From the NCBI GenBank assembly GCA_023248035.1, contig JAHFFJ010000005.1, positions 1 through 39,023 of the forward strand: a stretch of DNA of 39,023 nucleotides, in the 5' to 3' direction. The DNA comes from Candidatus Micrarchaeota archaeon. GTDB taxonomy: Archaea > Micrarchaeota > Micrarchaeia > Anstonellales > Bilamarchaeaceae. This document shows, in pieces, positions 1 through 8,208 of this stretch. A program made the translations under genes and the position numbers. Below the pieces are notes generated by a model. It was given only the letters and a program-made list of their open reading frames with translations. It was not told the origin of the DNA and did not search any database. How positions within the stretch are numbered: position 1 is the first letter of the stretch; each line of letters starts with the position of its first letter.

Positions 1-844
1 AATCGGCATAAGTATCCTCGTGCCATTTACCAATATCCATAGGCTGGAAAGGAAAATGATAAAACGCAAGCCTTCCTGAAATAACCAATCCATAATAGAT
101 AGGATCTTTTTTATTTCCGGAGACAAATGGATGGTTAGAACCAGTATGATTAGAACCATTAACCACATAACCGCGCTCTTCCAGATAATCGTCAGTCATA
201 CGACTTTGGGTTTCAAAAAATAAATAAGATAGTCTGAAGGTATCCTCATCAAATTTTCTTTTTCTTGCCTCTTCCTGAGTCTCTTTCTTTAGGCGAGCAG
301 ATTTTATCTTGGTTATTTTTTCATTTGAAGATGGTGTATCGAGGAAAAGACGCTCAGAAAGCAGGTGACCCGGATTTTGCGGGTCTTCCACCTCATCAGC
401 TATTTTTGGTGCATCATAAAATCTTACATTGCCACCTTTTGATGGGAGAGCATGAGTAAGTTTGCTTCTTTTTCTGGATTCTGAATCAATTGCATCCACT
501 ATAGTTTTTGTAGGAAGAACACAACCATAATATCTTGCAATTTTTTGCCCTATCAGAGGACTTAATGGAACACGAACATAGTCTTCATTAGTACCAATTG
601 CAACATAATCAAGGGAGACCCGCACCTTAACTTCGACATCACGACCATTTAACTTCCCTGGAATCGAAATTGTGGTGAAATTTTGTTTTTTAACAAAATC
701 AGGGACATTGCCCGCAGTTACAGCTGCAAAAACTGCAGCTTCGTACTGCATACGAGTCATTTTGTTATCCCTTACCCGCTTCATAAATTCAGTTCCAGTA
801 AGTATGGGCACTACAATTTTTTTTTGGAGCTCAGCTTCAGCCAT
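1..844 (-). CDS. Conserved hypothetical protein, 3'-partial (runs off the left edge; absent from the ORF track)
   Basis: Hand translation from the ATG at 844 stays open to position 2: MAEAELQKK...GNVPDF...DYVAIGTNEDYVRVPLSP...YGCVLPTKTIVDAI...SGNKKD...GRLAFY...QPM...HEDTYAD. An in-frame stop lies just upstream of the ATG, with a TATA-like TTATATTT further upstream. Confidence 0.85.
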   Translation of the reverse strand, partial: MAEAELQKKIVVPILTGTEFMKRVRDNKMTRMQYEAAVFAAVTAGNVPDFVKKQNFTTISIPGKLNGRDVEVKVRVSLDYVAIGTNEDYVRVPLSPLIGQKIARYYGCVLPTKTIVDAIDSESRKRSKLTHALPSKGGNVRFYDAPKIADEVEDPQNPGHLLSERLFLDTPSSNEKITKIKSARLKKETQEEARKRKFDEDTFRLSYLFFETQSRMTDDYLEERGYVVNGSNHTGSNHPFVSGNKKDPIYYGLVISGRLAFYHFPFQPMDIGKWHEDTYAD

Positions 845-972
845 TTGTATCAGTTAACAGTAACGGTAGTAGATTAAATATAAGCTTTTTGGAAACACAA
901 AACGAAATTTCAAATAAACAAAAACAAAACAGTCTTTATAAATTGTCCTATTAAGAGTAATTTTGTGTATTT

Positions 973-1476
973 ATGGCTAAGGTATTAGATAATATTTACA
1001 AAGGATTGTACAGAGGGAGTGGTATTCTGTTATTTGGTGCAATAACAGCATGCACCCAGCCAAAATGGCCAGAACCAAAACTTCTTGTTTCGAAATGGGA
1101 AGAAGGCAGTTGTTCTTTCTTGGATAACAAATTAACTTACACAGTAAATGGTAAAACCGCCAGTATAGAACTTGATTATAAAATCCAGCACGCAGAACTG
1201 CTTGTATGTTCAACAGATTTTAGCGTGGTTTTAAGCGATCGAAAAGTCGTTGTTTCCCTTGGTGGTAGAAAAATCCTCAATGACTGGACAAGCCTTAGGC
1301 AGATGGGAAATTTTGGATTTTTGGCAGTAAATTCTTATGCAGCAGAACTTCCAGGTGAGATGGGAGGAATAATTGGGATAGGGATTGCAGGCAATAAGAT
1401 GCTGGTTAATGCAAAAAATGGCAGTTGGAAAACCGAACTTATAGAACCAGATTCAACCTGGAAGCCATCAAAATAA
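973..1476 (+). CDS. Hypothetical protein, possible lipoprotein
   Basis: 167-aa ORF; hydrophobic GILLFGAITAC segment ends in a lipobox-like Cys; TTTATAAA upstream. Confidence 0.65.
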   Translation: MAKVLDNIYKGLYRGSGILLFGAITACTQPKWPEPKLLVSKWEEGSCSFLDNKLTYTVNGKTASIELDYKIQHAELLVCSTDFSVVLSDRKVVVSLGGRKILNDWTSLRQMGNFGFLAVNSYAAELPGEMGGIIGIGIAGNKMLVNAKNGSWKTELIEPDSTWKPSK

Positions 1477-1521
1477 AGCCCTCCGATTCATTTTAAAAAT
1501 TGTTTCCCGCACATCTAGCCT

Positions 1522-3159
1522 ATGCCAGAAAAAAAGACGAGATTCATTGTTATTACTGGCTCGATAATGTCCGGGCTTGGTAAAGGTATAGTAACTTCTT
1601 CTATCGCAAAACTCCTATCTGTCCGTGGATATCAAGCCATACCAGTGAAATTTGATGGTTACCTAAATGTTGATTGCGGCACCATGAATCCTTTCCGCCA
1701 CGGTGAAGTTTTCGTACTTGATGATGGAACCGAAGTAGATATGGATTTTGGAACCTATGAAAGATTTCTCAATAAGTCACTTTCAGGATTATGTTCTATT
1801 ACTGGAGGGAAGCTTTTCCAAAAAATAATTGAAAAAGAAAGGAAGGGAGAATATCTTGGAAGGGATGTGCAGTTTGTACCTCACCTTACTGATGAGATAA
1901 AAAGATGGGTGAAAGAGGTTGGAAAAGAGAGTGGAGCGGATTTTGTACTTATAGAAGTAGGTGGTACAATAGGAGACCTTGAAAACAGCTATTTTTTGGA
2001 AGCCATGCGACAGTTACGTTTTGAGGATGACAATATGGCATTTGTCCAGCTTACTTATGTTCCAAGTTTAAGTCCCGGCGAGCAAAAAACCAAACCCACC
2101 CAACAGGCAACAAGATTGCTCCAAAGTCTCGGTATACAACCAGACATAATACTCGTAAGAGAGCAGGAAAAACTTAATGAAGAATCAAAAAAGAAGATAA
2201 GCCTTTATTGCAATGTAGCTGAAGAGGCAGTTTTTGATGATCCTTTACTTAACACGGTTTATGAGCTTCCGGTTGTTTTGGAAAAACAAGGATTCTACAC
2301 TCAACTTGCTAAAACTCTTAAACTCCAGGAAAAAACTCCTGATATAAAAGACTGGGAAAAACGAGTGGAACGTATAGTAAAACCAAAAGACAACCCGATC
2401 AAGATAGCCATAGTGGGCAAGTATACTGCGGTAAAAGACGCTTACATTAGTGTGAGGGAAGCTTTGGTGCATAGTGCTGCTGCAGTTAATAGCGGGCTGG
2501 AGATAGGCTGGATAGAAGCAAGCGATCTTGAAAAACTGTATGATGTTGCTGAAGAACTCTCGGGATATGATGGGATTCTCGTTCCTGGAGGATTTGGAGA
2601 ACGTGGAATAGAAGGCAAGATCCGTGCGATAAAATACGCACGGGAAAACAAAATCCCCTACCTTGGACTTTGTTTAGGATTGCAATTGATGGTTGTTGAA
2701 TATGCAAGAAATGTATGCGAATTGGAGGGGGCAAACTCTACAGAGTTCGATAAAAAAACTGCGCATCCGATTATTTATATGCTTCCTGAAAAACAGCAAA
2801 TAGCAAGAATGGGAGGGACACTTAGGCTGGGCAGTTATGATTGTAACATAAAAAAAGAGAGTATAGCGCACAAGGCTTATGGTGATTTGGCACAGGAAAG
2901 ACATCGTCATAGATATGAGGTAAATCCTTCTTATGTCAAAGAACTCGAAAACCGGGGTTTGGTCATATCAGGAATTCATAAAAGTGGGTTAGTGGAAATA
3001 ACTGAGTGGAAGGATAGTTTTGGAATTGCAACTCAGGCTCATATAGAACTAAAAAGCAGACTGGAAACACCGGCACCTATTTTTGTGGAATTTATGAAGG
3101 CAGCAAAAGAGTATAGAAATAAACCAAAGAAATTTGCAAAGGAAACCCAGGGTGGTTAG
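1522..3159 (+). CDS. pyrG: CTP synthase
   Basis: GSIMSGLGKG, DGYLNVDCGTMNP, GEVFV, KTKPTQ; glutaminase motifs VPGGFG, GLCLGLQ, ERHRHRYE, QAHIE. Confidence 0.98.
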   Translation: MPEKKTRFIVITGSIMSGLGKGIVTSSIAKLLSVRGYQAIPVKFDGYLNVDCGTMNPFRHGEVFVLDDGTEVDMDFGTYERFLNKSLSGLCSITGGKLFQKIIEKERKGEYLGRDVQFVPHLTDEIKRWVKEVGKESGADFVLIEVGGTIGDLENSYFLEAMRQLRFEDDNMAFVQLTYVPSLSPGEQKTKPTQQATRLLQSLGIQPDIILVREQEKLNEESKKKISLYCNVAEEAVFDDPLLNTVYELPVVLEKQGFYTQLAKTLKLQEKTPDIKDWEKRVERIVKPKDNPIKIAIVGKYTAVKDAYISVREALVHSAAAVNSGLEIGWIEASDLEKLYDVAEELSGYDGILVPGGFGERGIEGKIRAIKYARENKIPYLGLCLGLQLMVVEYARNVCELEGANSTEFDKKTAHPIIYMLPEKQQIARMGGTLRLGSYDCNIKKESIAHKAYGDLAQERHRHRYEVNPSYVKELENRGLVISGIHKSGLVEITEWKDSFGIATQAHIELKSRLETPAPIFVEFMKAAKEYRNKPKKFAKETQGG

Positions 3160-4100
3160 AGCTTTAGATAGCTAATGGCATTGGCAAGTGCAACATGCAT
3201 ATGAGCAGCTGAATTGAAGCGATCATTAGGATTTGGTGCCATTGCTATCATAGTTATTTCTTCCACAGGTTTTGGCATTGACCTAAATTTAGCTGGTGAT
3301 GGTACCGGGGTAGTTTTATGAAGTTTGAGCAGATTGCCTATATCATTTTCCATTCTGGGAAGGGTATGAGCAAGCATTTGAAATAGAACTACACCAACCG
3401 AATAGATATCAGAACGAAGATCATGACAAATTCCTCCCAACTGCTCTGGCGCAGCATAACAAGCGGTACCATACCCACCAGAATTTTTTGGTGCAGCCAC
3501 CTTTTGAGAAATTCCAAAATCAATTATTTTTAGTAGCTGACCACTACGAAGCATCATTATGTTGTCTGGTTTGATGTCCCTATGCATTACACCACACGCG
3601 TGGACTGCGCTAAGCCCTGCGCATATTTCTGCTGCCACAAGAAGAGAGAGCTTAATTGAAAAGTGGTGATCTAATAGAATGGAAGTAAGTGACTTGCCAT
3701 CCAGATATTCAGTGACTAAGAAAGGCGATTCATTAAATTTACCCGAAAAAAGAGAGGTTACTACGGCTCGATGCTTTATTTCTTCTAGTAGAGCTATTTC
3801 TCTTAAAAAATGGCTCACAAAATAAGCACCTGCAGGTTGTTTAACTACAACAGTCCGCCCATCTTTTTTTCCAAGATAAACTGTTCCATGGCCACCTCGT
3901 TCTATATAATGAGTAAGTATTATACCAAAACGTGATAAGTCAGGAGCATCTTGGGGCAGGGTTCGGTGGTGGAGTTCTTGAATCCTGACTTCTTTATCAA
4001 AAACTTGGCGACCAACTACAGCCAAAAGAACAGGTGGAGTGGGATAACACCTAACTCCATATCTAAAGGCAGCTGAATCATAGACCGTTCTGACTGCCAT
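3156..4100 (-). CDS. Hanks-type Ser/Thr protein kinase (PknB-like catalytic domain, no transmembrane segment)
   Basis: RGGHGTVY, VVVK, alphaC REIA, HRDIKPDN, DFG, GTACYAAPEQ, DIYSVG, PNDRF. Confidence 0.93.
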   Translation of the reverse strand: MAVRTVYDSAAFRYGVRCYPTPPVLLAVVGRQVFDKEVRIQELHHRTLPQDAPDLSRFGIILTHYIERGGHGTVYLGKKDGRTVVVKQPAGAYFVSHFLREIALLEEIKHRAVVTSLFSGKFNESPFLVTEYLDGKSLTSILLDHHFSIKLSLLVAAEICAGLSAVHACGVMHRDIKPDNIMMLRSGQLLKIIDFGISQKVAAPKNSGGYGTACYAAPEQLGGICHDLRSDIYSVGVVLFQMLAHTLPRMENDIGNLLKLHKTTPVPSPAKFRSMPKPVEEITMIAMAPNPNDRFNSAAHMHVALANAISYLKL

Positions 4101-4138
4101 TTATTTGTTGTTATAAAAACAGTTTATAAATGTTTTAT

Positions 4139-4819
4139 TTATGGGAGAAGAGCTACCTCTTTTCTAACATAGACATTTTCTTCACCTTCCAAAAGACGGG
4201 GAGAGCTAGAAATGTCAAAAGAACAATTATGGAATCTAAAGAACTTTTCAAAATCTGGAGGAAACCCTCTTCCAGCAACGTTGAAATTTTGGAGAGTAAC
4301 CATTGTAACAGTATAATGTTGTGCAATTTCAAAAAGATATTGTAAAAGCCTTACTCTCCATCCGCCATAGATTCTTGCTTTATCATCATCTAATTCAGGA
4401 GGACTACCTATCTTGAAACAGCCCTGAATATAGTAGAGATAGAGATTAGTTTTGTGGGAAATCGTTTGATTTTTAGTAGATTTAACTGGTTTTGATAAAA
4501 GAACACAGGATGAAGTCCCCACAGATCCAGGGAATGAATCGGCAGGCCCGCCATCTCGTAAAGATTCAGAACTACGTGTAAATAGCTCTAAATCTTCTAA
4601 TTTAGGGTAGTATAAAAGCCTAAATGGGTTTTCTCTTCCTGAAAATGCTTCTTTAGCTAGAACGATTAAACCAGACCCTCTTTGACCTATTGGATTTAGA
4701 ACAAAACTTTGGGAGAACATTGGGGGCTTATAAAGAACAGGCTCACCTGAAGCCAGTTTTCCCACCATGGTTCTTATTGCTTGGATATTAGGCAATTTTG
4801 GAGGAGACGTAGTCAACAT
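4139..4819 (-). CDS. Hypothetical protein, tandem paralog of 4861-5538
   Basis: Shares GSGLIVLA, YPxLEDxExFxRSSESL, FPGxVG, IQGCFxIGSPP, ARIYGGW, FEIA, GFPxDFEK and RxEVAL with its neighbour. Confidence 0.85.
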   Translation of the reverse strand: MLTTSPPKLPNIQAIRTMVGKLASGEPVLYKPPMFSQSFVLNPIGQRGSGLIVLAKEAFSGRENPFRLLYYPKLEDLELFTRSSESLRDGGPADSFPGSVGTSSCVLLSKPVKSTKNQTISHKTNLYLYYIQGCFKIGSPPELDDDKARIYGGWRVRLLQYLFEIAQHYTVTMVTLQNFNVAGRGFPPDFEKFFRFHNCSFDISSSPRLLEGEENVYVRKEVALLP

Positions 4820-4860
4820 ATAATTGTATTTAAGACCACAATATTTAAAAATAGTAAATT

Positions 4861-5538
4861 TTAATCCTCAATAAGTGCTACTTCAGTTCTAGTAAATATA
4901 TTTTTATCTGGTATTTGATGGATATCGCCAAATATGGAAAAAGAATAGCCCATTTCACTGCTAATTTTCTCGAAATCTGCTGGAAACCCCCTAATACCAA
5001 TATTAGAATTATAAAAAACGACCAAATGTATATCGCTTTCTTTTGCAATTTCAAAAATACATTCGATAAGTCTTCTTTTCCATCCACCATAAATTCGTGC
5101 CCTATTAGGCTCTACCGCGGGAGGACTACCAATTCTGAAACAACCTTGGATAAAATTAATATTTAAATGAGGATTTAGGTAAACATCAGATCTCCCCTTA
5201 AGAGATGGAATCGAAGATCCACATATATCGAAGGGAGTGTAGGATAAAACACCAACCGCACCAGGAAATAAACTCGATGGACTCTGAGGCGTTAAAGATT
5301 CTGAACTTCTTGAAAAAATTTCAATATCTTCTAATTCAGGGTAGCAGATTAGCCGTGGACTTGGAGTGTTAGCTAAATTAAACGAGTAGCCTTGTGCTAA
5401 AACAATTAACCCACTACCACTTGCACTTCGTGCCTTCATTTTGAAAGTTGAACTGCCAGCTTCGTAAAGAATTTCTTTTCCAGACCATAGATCACGAGTT
5501 TTTTCTTTGAAGGCGCCAAATGTTTTTTGAATTTGCAT
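4861..5538 (-). CDS. Hypothetical protein, tandem paralog of 4139-4819
   Basis: Same colinear conserved blocks; near-identical length (225 vs 226 aa). Confidence 0.85.
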   Translation of the reverse strand: MQIQKTFGAFKEKTRDLWSGKEILYEAGSSTFKMKARSASGSGLIVLAQGYSFNLANTPSPRLICYPELEDIEIFSRSSESLTPQSPSSLFPGAVGVLSYTPFDICGSSIPSLKGRSDVYLNPHLNINFIQGCFRIGSPPAVEPNRARIYGGWKRRLIECIFEIAKESDIHLVVFYNSNIGIRGFPADFEKISSEMGYSFSIFGDIHQIPDKNIFTRTEVALIED

Positions 5539-5645
5539 ATAATTATAGTTAGTACCACGATATTAAAAAATGATTACTAATCGTAGATTAAGAAAAAGAT
5601 GGGCCCACGCGGGTTTTCGTATCTTTTTAGCACGCCCTTTTTTGG

Positions 5646-5666
5646 GCGCTTTTTACTAAAAAGCAC
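5646..5666 (-). repeat. REP-like hairpin copy at the start of tRNA intron 3
   Basis: Minus strand GTGCTTTTT-AGT-AAAAAGCGC followed by CCAAAAAAG. Confidence 0.7.
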
Positions 5667-5692
5667 AATCGAACCGCGAATCTCTACCATTC

Positions 5693-5723
5693 CGAGCTTT
5701 TGGAAAAAGCTCGACCAAAACTG
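5693..5723 (+). repeat. REP-like hairpin copy at the 3' end of tRNA intron 2 (inverted orientation)
   Basis: CGAGCTTTT-GGA-AAAAGCTCG followed by the tail ACCAAAACTG. Confidence 0.8.
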
Positions 5724-5868
5724 ATTTGCTAATTTTTGTTTTGTTTCATTCGCTCGCCTTTGAGGCTCGCATAAAACGTTACAAAAATGGTTTACAGCGG
5801 TCAGCGAATTTTCCAGCAGGAAAATTAAACTGACCAAAACCAAAAACCCGAAATGGGTTTTTAAACAA

Positions 5869-5905
5869 CCAGTTTTTGGTCAAACTTTTTTTCCAAAAAA
5901 GTTTG
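5869..5905 (-). repeat. REP-like hairpin copy at the start of tRNA intron 2
   Basis: Minus strand CAAACTTTTTT-GGA-AAAAAAGTTTG followed by the tail ACCAAAAACTGG. Confidence 0.8.
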
Positions 5906-6024
5906 TCAAGGTAGCGTCTTAACCACTGTCGTTTCAAATTTATAATCCGAGATAGTTCTCAGGTTAAAAAGTTGAATCAAAAACCAGTCAGCATCAAAAC
6001 CGAGTTTACGGTTTTGCAAACAGT

Positions 6025-6057
6025 CAGTTTTTGCCGCGCTTTTTCCTAAAAAGCGCG
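6025..6057 (-). repeat. REP-like hairpin copy at the start of tRNA intron 1
   Basis: Minus strand CGCGCTTTTT-AGG-AAAAAGCGCG followed by the tail GCAAAAACTG. Confidence 0.8.
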
Positions 6058-6098
6058 ATTCGACTATGGGCCCAATAATTGGATAGTGTTCACAATGA

Positions 6099-6106
6099 AT
6101 TTTAAA
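6099..6106 (-). promoter_or_regulatory. TATA box of the tRNA-Val gene
   Basis: TTTAAAAT on the minus strand, 26-33 nt upstream of the mature tRNA 5' end. Confidence 0.55.
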
Positions 6107-6325
6107 CTATACAGAAAAAGCATGGGTTTTATCCCAATTAGGATTTAGACCGGAAGGGCAAGCCTGTTTTGCAATATTTCTTACAGTATAACAAGGATCA
6201 TGTTCAGACATATAATGCAAAGCAAGACGAGCAAGATGGGTATTGATAGTTTTGATCTTTTGAATTGCTTTTTTTCTTTTAAGGACGCGTTTACTGGAAA
6301 GTAAATGTAATAGTTCTAGATCCAT
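6107..6325 (-). CDS. Small HEAT/ARM-repeat-like protein
   Basis: LLSSKRVLKRKKAIQKI...ALHYMSEHDPCYTVRNIAKQA fits the HEAT pattern LxDxxxxVRxxA; SD-like GGTG upstream. Confidence 0.6.
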   Translation of the reverse strand: MDLELLHLLSSKRVLKRKKAIQKIKTINTHLARLALHYMSEHDPCYTVRNIAKQACPSGLNPNWDKTHAFSV

Positions 6326-6462
6326 ATTGTCACCGACATATTTATACTATATACATAACTGTTTATAAAGATGTATTTTTATGTAGGTAGAATATTCAAT
6401 TAGACGTAAGAAATAGGATATAAACTCTAGTTGGCATGATAATACATATATTAGGTGTTTTT

Positions 6463-8208
6463 ATGACGTTTAAACGTTCCCCCATAATTTGCATACTAGG
6501 TCATGTAGACCATGGTAAAACAACCCTTCTTGATAGTGTAAGAGGAACTACAGTCGCAAAAAAGGAAGCAGGCGGCATAACACAAATGATAGGTGCAAGT
6601 TACGTTTCAAAAGAAGATGTTGATAGTATTGCAGGCGCACTTGCAGATAGGATGAAACTGGCTATGACCATACCCGGACTTTTATTCATAGATACACCCG
6701 GACATGAAGCATTCACCAATTTACGGGATCGTGGAGGGAGCCTTGCAGATCTCGCAGTATTAGTAGTTGATGTCAATCAGGGATTTCAGCCACAAACAAT
6801 AGAGAGTATAAAAATATTGAGACAGTACAAAACTCCATTCCTTATTGCAGCAAATAAGATAGATGCATTGAACGGATGGAAAAGCAACAAAACCACTTCT
6901 TTTATGGAATCTTTTGCCAAACAACCAGAGCACATAAAACAGAAACTTGATGAAAAACTTTACGAGGTTATGGGCAAGATTTCGGAATATGGATTTGACA
7001 GCGAACGCTTCGATAGGATAGGCGATTTCTCAAAACAAATAGCCATAGTACCTATAAGTGCCAAAACCAAAGAGGGCTTAAGTGAACTTCTTGTGCTCAT
7101 GGGCGGATTAAGCCAGAAATTTCTTGGTGATAGATTAGAGATAGAAGAAAATGGCAGAGGTAAGGGGAGTATAATTGAAGTCAAAGAGGAGAAAGGTTTA
7201 GGCACCACAGTGGATGTGATAATTTACGATGGGGTAATGAGAAAAAATGATGAGATAGCGTATATGAGTGCAGGCGGGATAACGAGAACCAGAGTGCGTG
7301 GCCTGCTTGAACCGAATCTTGGCGGGAAAGAAAAGTTTCTATTTATTGATGAAGTAGCTGCCGCTGCAGGAGTCAAAATTTATGCCCCAGATTTAGAAGG
7401 TGCAATACCGGGTTCGCCAATTGAAGTCATAAGAAATTTTGATGAGGAAAAGAAAGAGATAGAAGCCCAGTTGAAAAGTGTAATATTCCAGAACACCAAT
7501 GAAGATGGGGTGGTACTGCGTGCAGACAGCCTCGGTTCAGTTGAGGCACTAATAAGGCTGCTTAAGGAAGCGGGAATTGTTGTCAAAGATGCCGGAGTTG
7601 GAAATATAATAAGAAAAGATGTGATTTCTGCTTCGGTAGTATCTCAAAATGACCCTTTCCTTGGGGTTGTTCTTGGTTTCAACGTTAAGATACTTGATGA
7701 GGCTTTAGAGGAGAGCAAAAATAGTTCAATACCGATAATTCACAGCAACATAATTTATCGGCTTATAGATGAATACCAGGCTTGGGTGAAAACTGAAAAG
7801 GAGAAGATAAAGAAAAATGCACTCGATAATATTGTCTGGCCAGGTAAAATCAAGGTACTCTCAGGTTATGTGTTTCGTGCTTCTAAACCGGCCATATTCG
7901 GAGTTGACGTAATTGGAGGACGGGTAAAGAAGAATTATCGCCTAATGAACCATAATGGAGAGATAGTTGGCGAAATAAGGGAGATACAAAAAGAAAAGGA
8001 AAAGGTTGAGGAAGCAGGTTTGGGAGATCAGCTTGCAATATCATGCGATGGTATAGTGATTGGAAAAAATACCAATGAGGGCGATGTGCTTTACACTTAC
8101 ATGACAGTGGATGAAATTAAAAAATGGGAAACACAAGCTGCCATGCTAAATGATTCTGAAAAACAAGTTTTTGAAGAAATCAGAAGAATATTAAAGAAAT
8201 ATTTTTAG
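6463..8208 (+). CDS. infB: Translation initiation factor aIF5B (IF-2)
   Basis: RSPIICILGHVDHGKTT, EAGGITQ, DTPGHEAF, NKID, DSLGSVEAL, VFRASKPAI; start moved to ATG 6463 after SD AGGTG. Confidence 0.97.
   Translation: MTFKRSPIICILGHVDHGKTTLLDSVRGTTVAKKEAGGITQMIGASYVSKEDVDSIAGALADRMKLAMTIPGLLFIDTPGHEAFTNLRDRGGSLADLAVLVVDVNQGFQPQTIESIKILRQYKTPFLIAANKIDALNGWKSNKTTSFMESFAKQPEHIKQKLDEKLYEVMGKISEYGFDSERFDRIGDFSKQIAIVPISAKTKEGLSELLVLMGGLSQKFLGDRLEIEENGRGKGSIIEVKEEKGLGTTVDVIIYDGVMRKNDEIAYMSAGGITRTRVRGLLEPNLGGKEKFLFIDEVAAAAGVKIYAPDLEGAIPGSPIEVIRNFDEEKKEIEAQLKSVIFQNTNEDGVVLRADSLGSVEALIRLLKEAGIVVKDAGVGNIIRKDVISASVVSQNDPFLGVVLGFNVKILDEALEESKNSSIPIIHSNIIYRLIDEYQAWVKTEKEKIKKNALDNIVWPGKIKVLSGYVFRASKPAIFGVDVIGGRVKKNYRLMNHNGEIVGEIREIQKEKEKVEEAGLGDQLAISCDGIVIGKNTNEGDVLYTYMTVDEIKKWETQAAMLNDSEKQVFEEIRRILKKYF

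Larger units (their letters stand above)
5600..6073 (-). tRNA. tRNA-Val(GAC) with three introns (exons 6073-6059, 5925-5904, 5689-5668, 5613-5600)
   Basis: Joined exons give 73 nt: GGGCCCATAGTCGAA|TGGTTAAGACGCTACCTTGACA|TGGTAGAGATTCGCGGTTCGAT|CCCGCGTGGGCCCA. Acceptor GGGCCCA/TGGGCCC, D-stem GTC/GAC, anticodon stem CTACC/GGTAG, T-stem CGCGG/CCGCG, A73. BHB central helices GTCG/CGAC, TTGA/TCGG, TTCG/CGAA. No encoded CCA. Confidence 0.92.

Noticed and set aside
265-877. Three short plus-strand ORFs
   Set aside because: Antisense shadows of the long minus-strand ORF starting at 844.
5577-5843. 88-aa minus-strand ORF in the track
   Set aside because: Overlaps tRNA exons 3-4 and the hairpin-rich introns; no protein motif, so not a homing endonuclease.
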